A DNA stretch of 64,000 nucleotides from Candidatus Aphodoplasma sp. (GCA_045541115.1 JAZQIM010000021.1:34775-98774), one strand, 5' to 3'. Shown: positions 9,459-19,872, counted from the stretch's first letter. Notes: a model not told the origin generated them from the letters alone. Numbers and translations: made by a program.

Positions 9459-9487
9459 TTGACTCGCAGTAAAAAGTATATTATACT
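9459..9487 (+). promoter_or_regulatory. sigmaA-type promoter
   Basis: TTGACT, 17-nt spacer, TATACT, upstream of the 9524 gene. Confidence 0.5.
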
Positions 9488-9523
9488 TTTAATAAATACA
9501 TCGTAAATTGGGAGGCGGCGCAG

Positions 9524-10657
9524 ATGAAATACAGACGATTAAACAGAAGCGATATTGACGTATCCTTACTCGGACTCGGATGTATGCGATTTCCCAAAAT
9601 AGAAGACACACAGAAAATAGATGAGCTAAAAGCACAAGAGATTATCGACTATGCATATACGCACGGTGTGAATTATTTTGACACGGCTTTTATATATCAC
9701 GAGGGACTTTCGGAAGAGTTTATCGGCAAGGCACTTAAAAAGTATCCGAGAGATACATATATGATTGCAGATAAAATGCCCGGCTGGCTTTTAAATGATG
9801 CATCTGACGTAGAAAAGATTTTTAATACACAGCTAAAGCGATGCGACAGCGGTTATTTTGATTTTTATCTGTTGCATGGTGTAGACGATGAGCGCTTCGA
9901 TGATAAGTATCGAAAGTATAAAGCAATTGAGTTTTTGGAAGAAATGAGAAAACAAGGGAAAATACGTCATCTCGGATTTTCGTTTCACGATACGCCTGAA
10001 GTGCTTGAGCGCGTCGCCGATGCGCATGACTGGGATTTTGCGCAGATACAGCTTAACTATCTTGATTGGGATTTGCAGCGGGCAAAAAAGCAATATGAAG
10101 TGCTTAAAAAAAGAAATATTCAGTGTATTATTATGGAGCCTGTGCGCGGAGGCGCGCTTGCTGATCTTGGCGATGAGGCAAATGGTGTGCTTAAAAAAGC
10201 CGAGCCTGATAAAAGTATAGCTTCGTGGGCGATTCGGTTCGCCGCAGGTTTGGAAAACGTGCTTACGGTTCTATCGGGAATGTCAAACATGGAGCAGGTA
10301 AGAGATAATGTAGAAACGGTTAGCAATCTTGAAGAGCTTGATGATGTAAAGAAAAGTACACTTTTTAATGCGCTTGAGATATACAGAAAAAAAGATATGG
10401 TAAAATGCACTCATTGTAATTACTGTATGGATTGTCCTTTTGGAGTAAATATTCCTGAGGTTTTTGCGGTGTATAACAGATACCTTGAAACTTTAAACAG
10501 GGTTGAATTTTTATCATCATACGAAAAAATAGGAAAAGACCATGGCGCCGATATGTGCACAAAATGTAATCGATGTCTTCAGCTTTGTCCGCAAAAAATC
10601 GAGATTTCTGCAAAGCTTGAAAAGATAAACGAGCTTGTAGCAAAATTTAAAAAATAG
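9524..10657 (+). CDS. aldo/keto reductase with C-terminal 4Fe-4S ferredoxin-type domain
   Basis: LLGLGCMRFP AKR N-terminus and YLLHG. C-terminal CxxCxxC..CP plus CTKCNRCLQLCP cysteine clusters (COG1453 architecture). Confidence 0.8.
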   Translation: MKYRRLNRSDIDVSLLGLGCMRFPKIEDTQKIDELKAQEIIDYAYTHGVNYFDTAFIYHEGLSEEFIGKALKKYPRDTYMIADKMPGWLLNDASDVEKIFNTQLKRCDSGYFDFYLLHGVDDERFDDKYRKYKAIEFLEEMRKQGKIRHLGFSFHDTPEVLERVADAHDWDFAQIQLNYLDWDLQRAKKQYEVLKKRNIQCIIMEPVRGGALADLGDEANGVLKKAEPDKSIASWAIRFAAGLENVLTVLSGMSNMEQVRDNVETVSNLEELDDVKKSTLFNALEIYRKKDMVKCTHCNYCMDCPFGVNIPEVFAVYNRYLETLNRVEFLSSYEKIGKDHGADMCTKCNRCLQLCPQKIEISAKLEKINELVAKFKK

Positions 10658-10663
10658 CATAAT

Positions 10664-10690
10664 AAAAGTGCGGCAATAGCCGCACTTTTT
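10664..10690. terminator. bidirectional intrinsic terminator
   Basis: GTGCGGC / GCCGCAC stem flanked by A- and T-runs, between convergent genes. Confidence 0.85.
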
Positions 10691-10693
10691 ATT

Positions 10694-11332
10694 TTATTTG
10701 CAAATTTCAATGCCCTGGCTTGCACCGATTCTGGTTGCGCCGGCATCTTTCATGGATAGGGCGTCTTGTTTTGTGCGTATGCCGCCAGATGCCTTTACTC
10801 CAATGTTTTCGCCGACGGTTTTTCGCATAAGGGCGATATCGCTCGCCGTTGCGCCGCCGCTCGAAAAGCCTGTTGATGTTTTTACATACTTTGCACCTGC
10901 CTGCACAGACAGCTCGCATGCTTTAACTTTTTGCTCATCGTCTAAAAGACACGTTTCAATTATTACTTTTACGAGTGCGCCGTCAGCTGCATCGACTACC
11001 GCCTTGATATCGTTTAGCACATATTCATAGTTACCTTCTTTTAGTGCTCCGATTTGTATTACCATATCGATTTCATCGGCACCGTCTTCTACGGCTTTTT
11101 TCGTTTCAAAAGCTTTTGCTGCACTCGACATCGCGCCTAAAGGAAAGCCTACGACGCTGCACGTTTTTACATCACTGCCGCAAAGGTTTTTGTGCACAAG
11201 CGATGTATAGCATGAATTTGTACACACGCTTGCAAAGCCATATTTTTTTGCTTCTTCGCAGTATTGTATAATCTGATTAGTTGTCGCGTCGGCGCGAAGG
11301 AGTGTGTGGTCGATAATACTGTTAAGATTCAT
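10694..11332 (-). CDS. deoC: deoxyribose-phosphate aldolase
   Basis: Motifs [27 protein letters not shown] (Schiff-base Lys), KASGGIR. Start set at ATG 11332; the track start 11341 is GTG. Confidence 0.9.
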   Translation of the reverse strand: MNLNSIIDHTLLRADATTNQIIQYCEEAKKYGFASVCTNSCYTSLVHKNLCGSDVKTCSVVGFPLGAMSSAAKAFETKKAVEDGADEIDMVIQIGALKEGNYEYVLNDIKAVVDAADGALVKVIIETCLLDDEQKVKACELSVQAGAKYVKTSTGFSSGGATASDIALMRKTVGENIGVKASGGIRTKQDALSMKDAGATRIGASQGIEICK

Positions 11333-11358
11333 TTGTATCACCCGTTTTTCGTAATATT

Positions 11359-12336
11359 TTATTCCTTTGTTTTTATGGTATTGACATTGTCTTTTGTCAA
11401 AAGAGTCGACTCAAGAATGACTTCTTTTTCAACGCTTTCTCCTTTTAGATACTTAATTGCTGTAAGAAGTGCGTTTTTCCCGAGAAAGAACGGCGGCTCG
11501 GCAATCGTCGCATCGAGCGAGCCGTTTTTCACTGCACTGATCGCATCGTCTATCGCGTCACAGCCGATTAAAGTAATTTCGTTTTCTCTTTTTGCCGCTT
11601 TTATCGCTTCGAGCGCACCGAGCGCCATTTCATCGTTTGATGCATAAACGGCATCAATTTTCTTGTTTGCCTGCAAAATGTTTTCCATAACGCTCATAGC
11701 TTTTGCGCGGTCAAAATCGGCAGATTGTGTGGCGACCTTTTTTATATTTTTGTGTTTTGATATTACGTCATTAAAGCCTTTCGAGCGGTCCTGCGCCACA
11801 TTTGTGCCCATGATGCCCTGTATTTCGACAATGTTTGCATCTTTGCCATCTAACATTTTTGCGATATATTCGCCTGCGATATTACCCGATTTAACGGCAT
11901 CAAAGCCAAGGTGGGCAACAACTGTTCCGCCGTTTGCTCTTCTATCCATAGTTACGACGGGGATATTATTTTTGTTACATGCTTCAATTGCCGATACGAT
12001 AGAGTCGGAATCCGCGGGGTCAATTATAATGAGGTCGGGCTTTTGCGCGATAAGGTTTTCGACGTCTGTAATTTGTTTTGACGGGTCATTTTGCGCGTCT
12101 GTAACAGAGAGACGTACATTATTTTCCGATGCACCTTTTTCGACTCCGTTTTTTGCATCGACGAAGTAGGGGTTGTTAAGAGTGTTCATCGAAAGCCCGA
12201 TTTTGTAGCGTTTTTGTGTTCCGTCGGAAGATGAGTTTTGGTTAGTGCCACAAGCTACTATTGATAATGTCATTATAACACATAATGAAATCAGAGCAAG
12301 CCTTTTAATAATTTTTTTTGATTCCTTCATTTTCAC
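11359..12336 (-). CDS. rbsB: ribose ABC transporter substrate-binding lipoprotein
   Basis: Lipobox [21 protein letters not shown] block typical of RbsB-type periplasmic binding proteins. Operon context. Confidence 0.85.
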   Translation of the reverse strand: MKMKESKKIIKRLALISLCVIMTLSIVACGTNQNSSSDGTQKRYKIGLSMNTLNNPYFVDAKNGVEKGASENNVRLSVTDAQNDPSKQITDVENLIAQKPDLIIIDPADSDSIVSAIEACNKNNIPVVTMDRRANGGTVVAHLGFDAVKSGNIAGEYIAKMLDGKDANIVEIQGIMGTNVAQDRSKGFNDVISKHKNIKKVATQSADFDRAKAMSVMENILQANKKIDAVYASNDEMALGALEAIKAAKRENEITLIGCDAIDDAISAVKNGSLDATIAEPPFFLGKNALLTAIKYLKGESVEKEVILESTLLTKDNVNTIKTKE

Positions 12337-12357
12337 ATTCTCCTTTTTGTTTAGGAT

Positions 12358-13362
12358 TTATCCTTCTATTTTTGTTGAGATATTTTTAAATTTCCTGTCT
12401 ATAAGAACTGCAATTAAAATTACCGCGCCCTTTACGATGTCAGATACGAATGGATTTACGTTCATTAAAACTAAAATGTTATCGAGCACACCCAAAATTA
12501 CTGCGCCTACTACTGTGGGAAGAACAAAGCCCTGGCCACCTGAAAGGCTTGTGCCGCCAAGAATTACTGCGGCAATCGCATCAAGCTCAAAACCGCTTCC
12601 TGCGGTGGGCTGTGCCGCGCCCAGACGCGCCGTTAATATAATGCCGCCAAGACCTGCAAGAAAGCCGTTTAAAGCATAGGCAAGCGTTTCTATTTTGTTT
12701 GTATTGATACCTGAAAGCCGCGATGCTTCCTTGTTTCCGCCAATTGCATATATTTGTCTGCCGAAGGTGGTGTATTGAAGCACAAAAAACGCAACTGCAT
12801 ATACAAAAATAAGCAGCCATATAGGAAAAGGTATGCCGAGAAGCGAGCCTTTTCCGATAAACATATATGAAGAGTCGCTTACGCGTATCGGAGCACCGTT
12901 AGTATAAACGAGCAAAAGTCCTGATAAAAGAGTCAGCGTTGCAAGAGTTACGATAAATGGTGGTAAAGAGCCTTTTGTAATAAAAAGGCCGTTAAATAAT
13001 CCGCATGCCGTGCCAATAGCAAGCGCGCAGAGTATCGCGGCTACAATTGCCAAAGCAGGATTTGATGTGGCATTTGATACAAAGGTGAGTGTGCCTGCAG
13101 AAAGTGCGCCTGAAAGACCGAGAATAGAACCTACTGAAAGGTCGATTCCGCCCGTTAGGATTACAAATGTCATGCCACATGCAAGAATTGCAATAATTGA
13201 AACCTGCCTGATTACGTTAAAAATGTTTGTCAAAGAGAGAAAATCACTCGAAATTATCGATGCGAAGAGCAAAATAATTGTAAGAATTACAAAGCTTCTG
13301 TATTCATTCATCAGCTTATTTACGAAGTGTTTTATGCCTGTCTTTTTAATTTGATTATTCAT
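12358..13362 (-). CDS. rbsC: ribose ABC transporter permease
   Basis: Polytopic, with GGIDLSVGS motif. Start set at ATG 13362 (MNNQIKK), which overlaps the rbsA stop as ATGA. The longer track N-terminus is out-of-context read-through. Confidence 0.85.
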   Translation of the reverse strand: MNNQIKKTGIKHFVNKLMNEYRSFVILTIILLFASIISSDFLSLTNIFNVIRQVSIIAILACGMTFVILTGGIDLSVGSILGLSGALSAGTLTFVSNATSNPALAIVAAILCALAIGTACGLFNGLFITKGSLPPFIVTLATLTLLSGLLLVYTNGAPIRVSDSSYMFIGKGSLLGIPFPIWLLIFVYAVAFFVLQYTTFGRQIYAIGGNKEASRLSGINTNKIETLAYALNGFLAGLGGIILTARLGAAQPTAGSGFELDAIAAVILGGTSLSGGQGFVLPTVVGAVILGVLDNILVLMNVNPFVSDIVKGAVILIAVLIDRKFKNISTKIEG

Positions 13363-14849
13363 TTTTCTACACCTCCTGCCGCATATGCAAGTATAAGTTC
13401 TTGCGATGCTTCTGATTTTGATACTTCTTTTACAATTTTTCCTTCCTTCATTACAAGAATTCTGTCGCATATACCGATTACTTCGGGCAGGTCGGATGAG
13501 ATTACAATTATGCTTTTATCCTGCTTTGTAAGAAGGTCAATAATTTGATAGATTTCTGCCTTTGCACCGACGTCGACGCCACGTGTAGGCTCGTCTAAGA
13601 TAAGAATGTCGGGGCTTGCTTGCAGAACTTTTGCAAATACTACTTTTTGTTGATTTCCGCCGCTTAAATTTCCTACAATGTGCTCGGGTGTTGGCACCTT
13701 AATGGCGAGAGCTTTAATCATGTTTGATATGCGTGTCTTTTCAAGCGAGGGGTTTATTATATTACTTTTTGAAATGCTTTTGAGTGATGACAATGATATG
13801 TTTTCTTTTACGCTTCGCATAAGAACGAGTCCATCATTTTTTCTGTCATCAGGGACAAGGCCTATGCCGTCATTGATGCTTGTGTACGGATTTTTGCATC
13901 GAAGTTTTTTGCCGTTTTTATAGACGTTGCCGCTGCTTTTTGGAAGAGCGCCGTAAATTATTTTTGAAAGCTCAATGTTTCCCGCACCGAGAAGACCGCT
14001 TATGCCGAGAATCTCGCCTTTATGAAGCGTAAAGCTTACACCGTTAACGGCGGGGCCGTGTATATCTTTTGCCTCTAATACGACATCTGCTTTTTTGTAG
14101 TTTCTTTCGGGATAAAGTCTTTCTATATTCTGCCCGACCATGAGCGATACAAGCTCATCGTAATTTGTATTAGCAGTTTTAAGAGTTTTAATATATTTTC
14201 CGTCACGAAAAACTGTTATTGTGTCGCTAATATTAAATATTTCGTCCATTTTGTGCGAGATATATATAATTGAAATTCCTTGCTTTTTAAGAGAGTCGAT
14301 TATTTTAAACAGTACGCCTGTTTCTTCGTCCGTAAGCGCCGCGGTAGGCTCGTCCATTATAATAATGCGCGAATTTACTGACAGGCATTTTGCAATTTCG
14401 ACCATTTGCATATGTGCGACGGATAGTGATGATACGGTTTTGCGTGGGTCTATGTCAAGGCCGAGCTTGTTTAGGATTTGTTGCGCGTTTTTATATATCA
14501 TACTCCAGTTTATAACAGAGCCTTTTGTGTATAGCCTTCCAAGAAAAATATTTTCAGCGATTGATAGATGCGGCACAAGATTAAACTCCTGATACATCAT
14601 GGAAATGCCGACATCCTGAGCGTCTTTTGTTGACTCGAAAACATATTCTTTTCCGTCAACTAATATAGTTCCCGAGCTGTATTTTTGTGCGCCCGATATG
14701 ATTTTCATAAGAGTCGACTTGCCGGCACCGTTTTCGCCGCAAAGTGCATGCACCTCGCCCGGTGCAACTTCAAGGTGTACGTTATCGAGTGCCTTTACGC
14801 CGGGGAAGGTCTTCGTAATATTTTTAAGCTCTAAAATATAGTTGTTCAT
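13359..14849 (-). CDS. rbsA: ribose import ATP-binding protein (tandem ABC ATPase)
   Basis: Walker A GENGAGKST, a second ABC half with LSGGNQQKV, ~496 aa. Confidence 0.9.
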   Translation of the reverse strand: MNNYILELKNITKTFPGVKALDNVHLEVAPGEVHALCGENGAGKSTLMKIISGAQKYSSGTILVDGKEYVFESTKDAQDVGISMMYQEFNLVPHLSIAENIFLGRLYTKGSVINWSMIYKNAQQILNKLGLDIDPRKTVSSLSVAHMQMVEIAKCLSVNSRIIIMDEPTAALTDEETGVLFKIIDSLKKQGISIIYISHKMDEIFNISDTITVFRDGKYIKTLKTANTNYDELVSLMVGQNIERLYPERNYKKADVVLEAKDIHGPAVNGVSFTLHKGEILGISGLLGAGNIELSKIIYGALPKSSGNVYKNGKKLRCKNPYTSINDGIGLVPDDRKNDGLVLMRSVKENISLSSLKSISKSNIINPSLEKTRISNMIKALAIKVPTPEHIVGNLSGGNQQKVVFAKVLQASPDILILDEPTRGVDVGAKAEIYQIIDLLTKQDKSIIVISSDLPEVIGICDRILVMKEGKIVKEVSKSEASQELILAYAAGGVEK

Positions 14850-14894
14850 CTTATCATCCTCTTATTGTGAGAAATTATGCGACTTGTAATGCCT

Positions 14895-15290
14895 TTAATA
14901 TGCACAGCCGCATACTAAAATTACGCTTGGATATGGCGTAAATTCGCCTGTTCTTATAATTGCTGCGGCATTTGCACTTCGCTCCTTTAGCTCTTTATGT
15001 TCAACATATTTTACGTCGATACCGTCAAGCGTTTTAAGTATGTGCTCATGCATCTTCGGACTTACGCTTTTAAGCTCGTTTGCAAGGATTGCTTCTTCGA
15101 CACATACGTGCTTTAGCATTTCTTCAAGCACCTCGATATATCCAGGTTCACCGCTTTTCCATGCGAGGTCAATACGTTTTACGCCCTTTGGCACAGGAAG
15201 GCCTGCGTCGCATATTATAAGCGTATCTTTGTGACCGAGACATGCAAGAGTATGCGCAATTTCGGGATTTAATATTCCGCCTTTTAACAT
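14895..15290 (-). CDS. rbsD: D-ribose pyranase
   Basis: LNPEIAHTLACLGHKDTLIICDAGLPVP is typical of RbsD. Start at ATG 15290, 8 nt after AAGGAG. Confidence 0.85.
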   Translation of the reverse strand: MLKGGILNPEIAHTLACLGHKDTLIICDAGLPVPKGVKRIDLAWKSGEPGYIEVLEEMLKHVCVEEAILANELKSVSPKMHEHILKTLDGIDVKYVEHKELKERSANAAAIIRTGEFTPYPSVILVCGCAY

Positions 15291-15309
15291 TTGTATCACT
15301 CCTTTATAA

Positions 15310-16230
15310 TCAGAGGTTATTTAAAAATTCATCAATTTCACTTCTTGATGGCATTGCGTTTGCTGTGCCAAGACGCGTTACAGCAAGGTTTGAGACGACG
15401 TTTGCAAAACGAGCGGCATCAAAAATATTTTTCCCCTCACAAAGTGCTGCGAGCAGACCGCCGTTAAAGGCATCGCCCGCGCCTGTTGTGTCAAGAACAT
15501 CTACATCGTAATTTTCTACAATCTCAAATTTATTATCACTTGCAACGAGAGCGCCTTTTTTGCCGAGCGTTATTATGACGCTTTTTACGCCTTTTTCAAA
15601 AAATACATTTGCGGCTTTTTTCGCATCATCAATGCTTTTGATTTTTATGCCTGTAAGGATAGATGCTTCTACTTCGTTTGGTGTAAGGATGTCAATTTTA
15701 TTGTAAATTTCATCGTCGATTTGCTGTACAGGCGCAGGATTTAAAATTACAAAAACACCGTTTTTGGCTGCTTCATCTATAACGCTTTTTACGGCATCTA
15801 CATTTGTTTCAAGCTGTGTAAGAAGAAAATCACTTTTTGCTATGTGGGAAGAAATCCTTGATATATCCGCCTCATCAAACGTGTCGCAGGCGCCGAGTGT
15901 AACGACAATTTCGTTTTGACCGCTGTTTTCATCGACCATTATTATTGCGGCGCCTGTAGATGCTTTGTCAGTTTTAAATACGCAATCGCTATTCATATTT
16001 TCTTTTTGCATCATATTAGTTGCAACATCTGCAAAAAAGTCGCATCCGAGCTTTGTCGCCATAGTGACGTCGGCGCCTGCTCGTTTTGCAGCGATGCATT
16101 GATTAAATCCTTTTCCGCCGGGACCGAGCGCAAACAAAGAGCCTTTTACAGTTTCGCCCGGCTCGGGAAGGTGCGGTGTGCGCGCCATCAAATCAACGAC
16201 GAAGCTGCCGAAAACAATTGCTTTTTTCAT
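15310..16230 (-). CDS. rbsK: ribokinase
   Basis: GGKGFNQ and the C-terminal GAGDAFNGGL PfkB signature. Operon context. Confidence 0.9.
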   Translation of the reverse strand: MKKAIVFGSFVVDLMARTPHLPEPGETVKGSLFALGPGGKGFNQCIAAKRAGADVTMATKLGCDFFADVATNMMQKENMNSDCVFKTDKASTGAAIIMVDENSGQNEIVVTLGACDTFDEADISRISSHIAKSDFLLTQLETNVDAVKSVIDEAAKNGVFVILNPAPVQQIDDEIYNKIDILTPNEVEASILTGIKIKSIDDAKKAANVFFEKGVKSVIITLGKKGALVASDNKFEIVENYDVDVLDTTGAGDAFNGGLLAALCEGKNIFDAARFANVVSNLAVTRLGTANAMPSRSEIDEFLNNL

Positions 16231-16339
16231 TTATATATCTCCTTTACCATAATCTTTTGAAATTATCTTATGTCTATTATGCAAAATTTTTAAAAAAACT
16301 ATACTGTATATGGGATAAAAAACGAGCCATTTAAAAATT

Positions 16340-17695
16340 TTATATCGATAAACTTTCAATAAGAGATGCAAGCTTTTTTGCCTGTGTATAAATAAAGTCC
16401 TTGTCGCTTCCTTCGAGCATTACTCGCACAACGGGTTCTGTGCCCGAAGGGCGTATAAGAACGCGTCCGTTTCTGCCGAGTTTTTCTTCGACCTCGTCTA
16501 TTTCGCATAAGAGTTTTTCGTTTTTTAAAATCTTTTCTCTGTCAGCGCTTTTTACATTTGCATTTATAAGCACCTGCGGAAGAATTGTAACGATTTTTCG
16601 AAGCTCGCTAAGTGGCGTAGATGTGGTTTTCATAATTTTCAAAACAAGAAGTGCCGACAAAAGTCCGTCACCTGTTGAGTTATAGTCAAGGCAAATAATG
16701 TGACCTGATTCTTCGCCACCAAGCGAATATGAGCCTTTAAGCATCTGCTCAAGCACATATCTGTCGCCGACATCGGTTTTTACTACATTTATTCCAAGTT
16801 TTTCTGCCGCAATAAAAAAGCCGAGATTGCTCATTTTTGTAGCAACTATTGTATTTTTCGACAGTGCGCCTTTTTGTTTTAGATAATTTGCGATTATAAG
16901 CATTATCTCATCGCCTGTAAGCGATACGCCGTTTTCATCGACAGCGAGCATCCTGTCGGCGTCGCCGTCAAAAGAAATTCCTATATCATATTTTTTTTCA
17001 TTTCTGATTTTTTCTTCAAGTGTTTTAATGTGTGTAGAGCCGCAATTGTCGTTTATGTTTATTCCGTCAGGTGCGCAGTTTATGCAATCTACGTTTGCAC
17101 CGAGCATGTTTAGTGCTTTTGGTGCAACATATGAGTTTGAGCCATTAGCGCAGTCAAGTAAAATGTTCATATTCTCAAATGAGCAGTCGATAATATCGGA
17201 CAGGTATTTAATATAATCATCGGCACCGCCTGATGCTTTTTCTATGTGTCCGACACCGTCGTGGGTTGGAAGGGTTATATCGTCCTTTTTATAATTAAGG
17301 ATAAAATCCTCAATTTTTTCTTCAAGCTCGTCACTTAATTTATGAGATTGTGAATCAAAAAATTTTATACCGTTATATTCAAATGAATTGTGCGAGGCAG
17401 AAATTACGACTCCTGCATCAGCGCCATATTTTTTTATCAGGTAAGAAACTGCAGGTGTAGGCAAAACGCCAAGCGATACTACCTCAGCGCCCGTCTGGCA
17501 AATGCCTGCACAGAGTGCACATTCGAGCATATCGCCTGAAAGCCTTGTATCTTTGGCTACTAAAATTTTTGGCTTATGTGAAAGCTTATTTGTAAGAACG
17601 CTCGCCCCGGCAAAGCCGAGCATAAATGATAAATTTGCGCTAAGATTTTTATTTGCAATTCCTCTTACGCCGTCTGTTCCAAAAAATTTTCCCAT
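16340..17695 (-). CDS. glmM: phosphoglucosamine mutase
   Basis: Motifs FGTDGVRG, SASHNSFEYNGIKFF (active-site Ser), FDGDADR, GEESGH. Start at ATG 17695 after AAAGGAGG. Confidence 0.95.
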   Translation of the reverse strand: MGKFFGTDGVRGIANKNLSANLSFMLGFAGASVLTNKLSHKPKILVAKDTRLSGDMLECALCAGICQTGAEVVSLGVLPTPAVSYLIKKYGADAGVVISASHNSFEYNGIKFFDSQSHKLSDELEEKIEDFILNYKKDDITLPTHDGVGHIEKASGGADDYIKYLSDIIDCSFENMNILLDCANGSNSYVAPKALNMLGANVDCINCAPDGININDNCGSTHIKTLEEKIRNEKKYDIGISFDGDADRMLAVDENGVSLTGDEIMLIIANYLKQKGALSKNTIVATKMSNLGFFIAAEKLGINVVKTDVGDRYVLEQMLKGSYSLGGEESGHIICLDYNSTGDGLLSALLVLKIMKTTSTPLSELRKIVTILPQVLINANVKSADREKILKNEKLLCEIDEVEEKLGRNGRVLIRPSGTEPVVRVMLEGSDKDFIYTQAKKLASLIESLSI

Positions 17696-17820
17696 AAAAA
17701 AGCCTCCTTTAAGCGTCATAACCTATATTTAATTATATCTGTTTTATGGTGTTATCATACTGGACATATGCAAAAAAATTTGATACAATATAGATAAATA
17801 AAAATTAAGGAGAAAAATAA

Positions 17821-18273
17821 ATGGAAAAAATTGCGAGCTTTACGGTTAATCACGAAACGCTTGAGCCGGGACTTTATATTTCAAGAATAGACGGCGACAT
17901 TACAACATATGATTTGCGTACGAGAAAGCCTAATACGGGCGACCTTATGGATCATAGCACTATGCATTCGTGCGAGCACATGTTTGCAACATATATAAGA
18001 AATTCATATATTAAAGATGATGTAATATATTTCGGACCGATGGGATGCCAGACGGGATTTTATCTTCTTGTACGAAATGCCGACAATAAGAAGGTGCTTG
18101 ACGTATTAAAGACGGCGTGTAAAGATGTTATCTGCCACGAAGGCGACGTTTTTGGAAACTCACCTGTTGAATGCGGAAATTATAAAACATTAAATCTTGA
18201 AAATGCAAAGAAGGAATGTGTGCGTTATCTCGACATACTCGACAAAGTCGATTCGGATAATTTAAATTACTGA
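17821..18273 (+). CDS. luxS: S-ribosylhomocysteine lyase
   Basis: HSCEHMFAT metal motif and GCQTGFY, 150 aa. Confidence 0.95.
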   Translation: MEKIASFTVNHETLEPGLYISRIDGDITTYDLRTRKPNTGDLMDHSTMHSCEHMFATYIRNSYIKDDVIYFGPMGCQTGFYLLVRNADNKKVLDVLKTACKDVICHEGDVFGNSPVECGNYKTLNLENAKKECVRYLDILDKVDSDNLNY

Positions 18274-18290
18274 TAGTGAGGGATAAAAAG

Positions 18291-18983
18291 ATGCTTGGAA
18301 TTATAGGGGCAATGGATATCGAAGTTGATATGTTAAAATCAATGATGGAAGAAAAAAGCATTTGCACTGTCAGCTCGGTAGATTTTGTGAGCGGGAAAAT
18401 TTTAGGTAAGGATGTAGTTGTTGCACGTTGCGGAATCGGAAAAGTAAACGCCGCGATATGTGCGCAGACGATGATTTTAAAATATGCACCGGATACAATA
18501 ATCAATACGGGCGTTGGCGGCTCGCTGTCAAACTCGCTTAATATTGGTGATATTGCGATGGCAGATTATGTCGTGCAAAGTGATGCCGACACGAGCGCGC
18601 TTGGCGATCCTGTAGGACTAATTTCTACAATAAACGTAATAAAAATCCCATCAAGCAAGAGAGTGTGTGATGCGCTTGAAAAGGCAGGCAAAGTTTTGGG
18701 ACTTAAAACTGCATCGGGAACTATTTCGACAAGCGACAGCTTTATCGCATCGGCTGAAAAGAAAAAGTGGCTGGTTGAAAATTTTGATGCAATAGCATGC
18801 GAAATGGAAGGCGGCAGCATAGGCCACGTTTGCTATGTAAACGGAGTTGACTTTGGGGTTGTGAGAGCAATTTCTGATAAGGCAGATGGAAGCTCACATA
18901 TGGATTACGGTGAATTCTGCGCTATGGCAGCAAAAAATTCTACTGCGATGATTTGTGAATATATAAAAAATATGAGTATTTAA
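18291..18983 (+). CDS. mtnN: 5'-methylthioadenosine/S-adenosylhomocysteine nucleosidase
   Basis: Motifs GIIGAMDIE, CEMEGGSIGHVC, VRAISDKADG. Start at ATG 18291; the track start is GTG. Confidence 0.9.
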   Translation: MLGIIGAMDIEVDMLKSMMEEKSICTVSSVDFVSGKILGKDVVVARCGIGKVNAAICAQTMILKYAPDTIINTGVGGSLSNSLNIGDIAMADYVVQSDADTSALGDPVGLISTINVIKIPSSKRVCDALEKAGKVLGLKTASGTISTSDSFIASAEKKKWLVENFDAIACEMEGGSIGHVCYVNGVDFGVVRAISDKADGSSHMDYGEFCAMAAKNSTAMICEYIKNMSI

Positions 18984-19001
18984 ATAAAAGTATATAAAAC
19001 A

Positions 19002-19037
19002 AAAGGGTACGCTTCGCATAAAGGAAGTGTACCCTTT
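19002..19037. terminator. hairpin terminator between convergent mtnN and mecA-like genes
   Basis: Stem AAAGGGTAC (19002-19010) / GTACCCTTT (19029-19037). Confidence 0.65.
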
Positions 19038-19055
19038 AAATTTCTATAAATTAGT

Positions 19056-19670
19056 TTAGTAGCAGCGACTGATATTGAAAAAGTCCTTCGAGTCAGCAAA
19101 ATGAATTGCGTGCTCATTTATATATTCATCAGCAGCATCGCTGTTTTGAAGAGGTCTTGCATATTCGCTTGCAATCATACATAATCTCTTAAAGTCGATA
19201 TGATTGCGATCTATTCTAAGGTAGAATTCGTTTTGTGATTTAAAAAGGTTTGTTCCACAAAAGCTCTCGCATCCGGTGCTTCGAAGCATTTCGCAAAAAC
19301 ATACAAGCGAATTAAATGCAAAGTATGAACATTTATTTTCAGGCGCAATTTTTGCCTTATAGCTGCCGCTTGCGAGCTTTTGTTTTTTGTTTAATTTTGC
19401 AGATTCTTTTTGTGCACTTTCATCATCAGCCCTAAGACGTGTAATTACAAAGACGAAGTCCTCGCCTTGCGGACGTGCTTCAACAAGTATGTTGGAATGT
19501 ATGATATTCTCATCTGTATAGTCTATTGCCTGCTCGATAAGTGAGGCGATAAAATTTCTAAGCTGCGGTAAATCGGGAGAAAGCTCTTTTGGGTCGATGT
19601 CTAAGTCGTTAAGCTCAAGCGGTGTCACGGTTACTCTGATTTTATTGATTGCAAGCTTTTCTATTTTCAT
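19056..19670 (-). CDS. mecA: MecA-family adaptor protein (Clp adaptor, tentative)
   Basis: MKIEKLAINKIRVTVTPLEL N-terminus, acidic linker, and a C-terminal pattern (YFAFNS...EFYLRID...IASEYARP...INEHA) that parallels B. subtilis MecA. Confidence 0.6.
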   Translation of the reverse strand: MKIEKLAINKIRVTVTPLELNDLDIDPKELSPDLPQLRNFIASLIEQAIDYTDENIIHSNILVEARPQGEDFVFVITRLRADDESAQKESAKLNKKQKLASGSYKAKIAPENKCSYFAFNSLVCFCEMLRSTGCESFCGTNLFKSQNEFYLRIDRNHIDFKRLCMIASEYARPLQNSDAADEYINEHAIHFADSKDFFNISRCY

Positions 19671-19822
19671 ATCATATCGCTCCTTTCGATGTCTGATGAC
19701 AAAAATACATTTAGAATATTTAATGTAAATACATTATATTCTTTAAAGCGTGCTTTTGCCATAACAAATATATGACTGTTATATTACTATTACGTAACTT
19801 TATATGTTTTTATACAGAAAAT

Positions 19823-19840
19823 TTGTTATTTATTTAACTA
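19823..19840 (+). promoter_or_regulatory. Rex-like operator candidate (TTGTTATTTATTTAACTA)
   Basis: 16 of 18 positions match the clostridial Rex consensus TTGTTAAwwwwTTAACAA. Ends 4 nt upstream of the rnf -35 hexamer. Confidence 0.3.
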
Positions 19841-19843
19841 TAA

Positions 19844-19872
19844 TTGCAATATATAAAGATGTATGTTAAAAT
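19844..19872 (+). promoter_or_regulatory. sigmaA-type promoter of the rnf operon
   Basis: TTGCAA, 17-nt spacer, TAAAAT with a TGT extended -10. Confidence 0.5.

Noticed and set aside
19722-19735. Palindrome AATGTA-AA-TACATT and the repeated AAATACATT upstream of the mecA-like gene.
   Set aside because: It is a short AT-rich palindrome in an AT-rich spacer and matches no operator consensus I know. Chance occurrence is likely.
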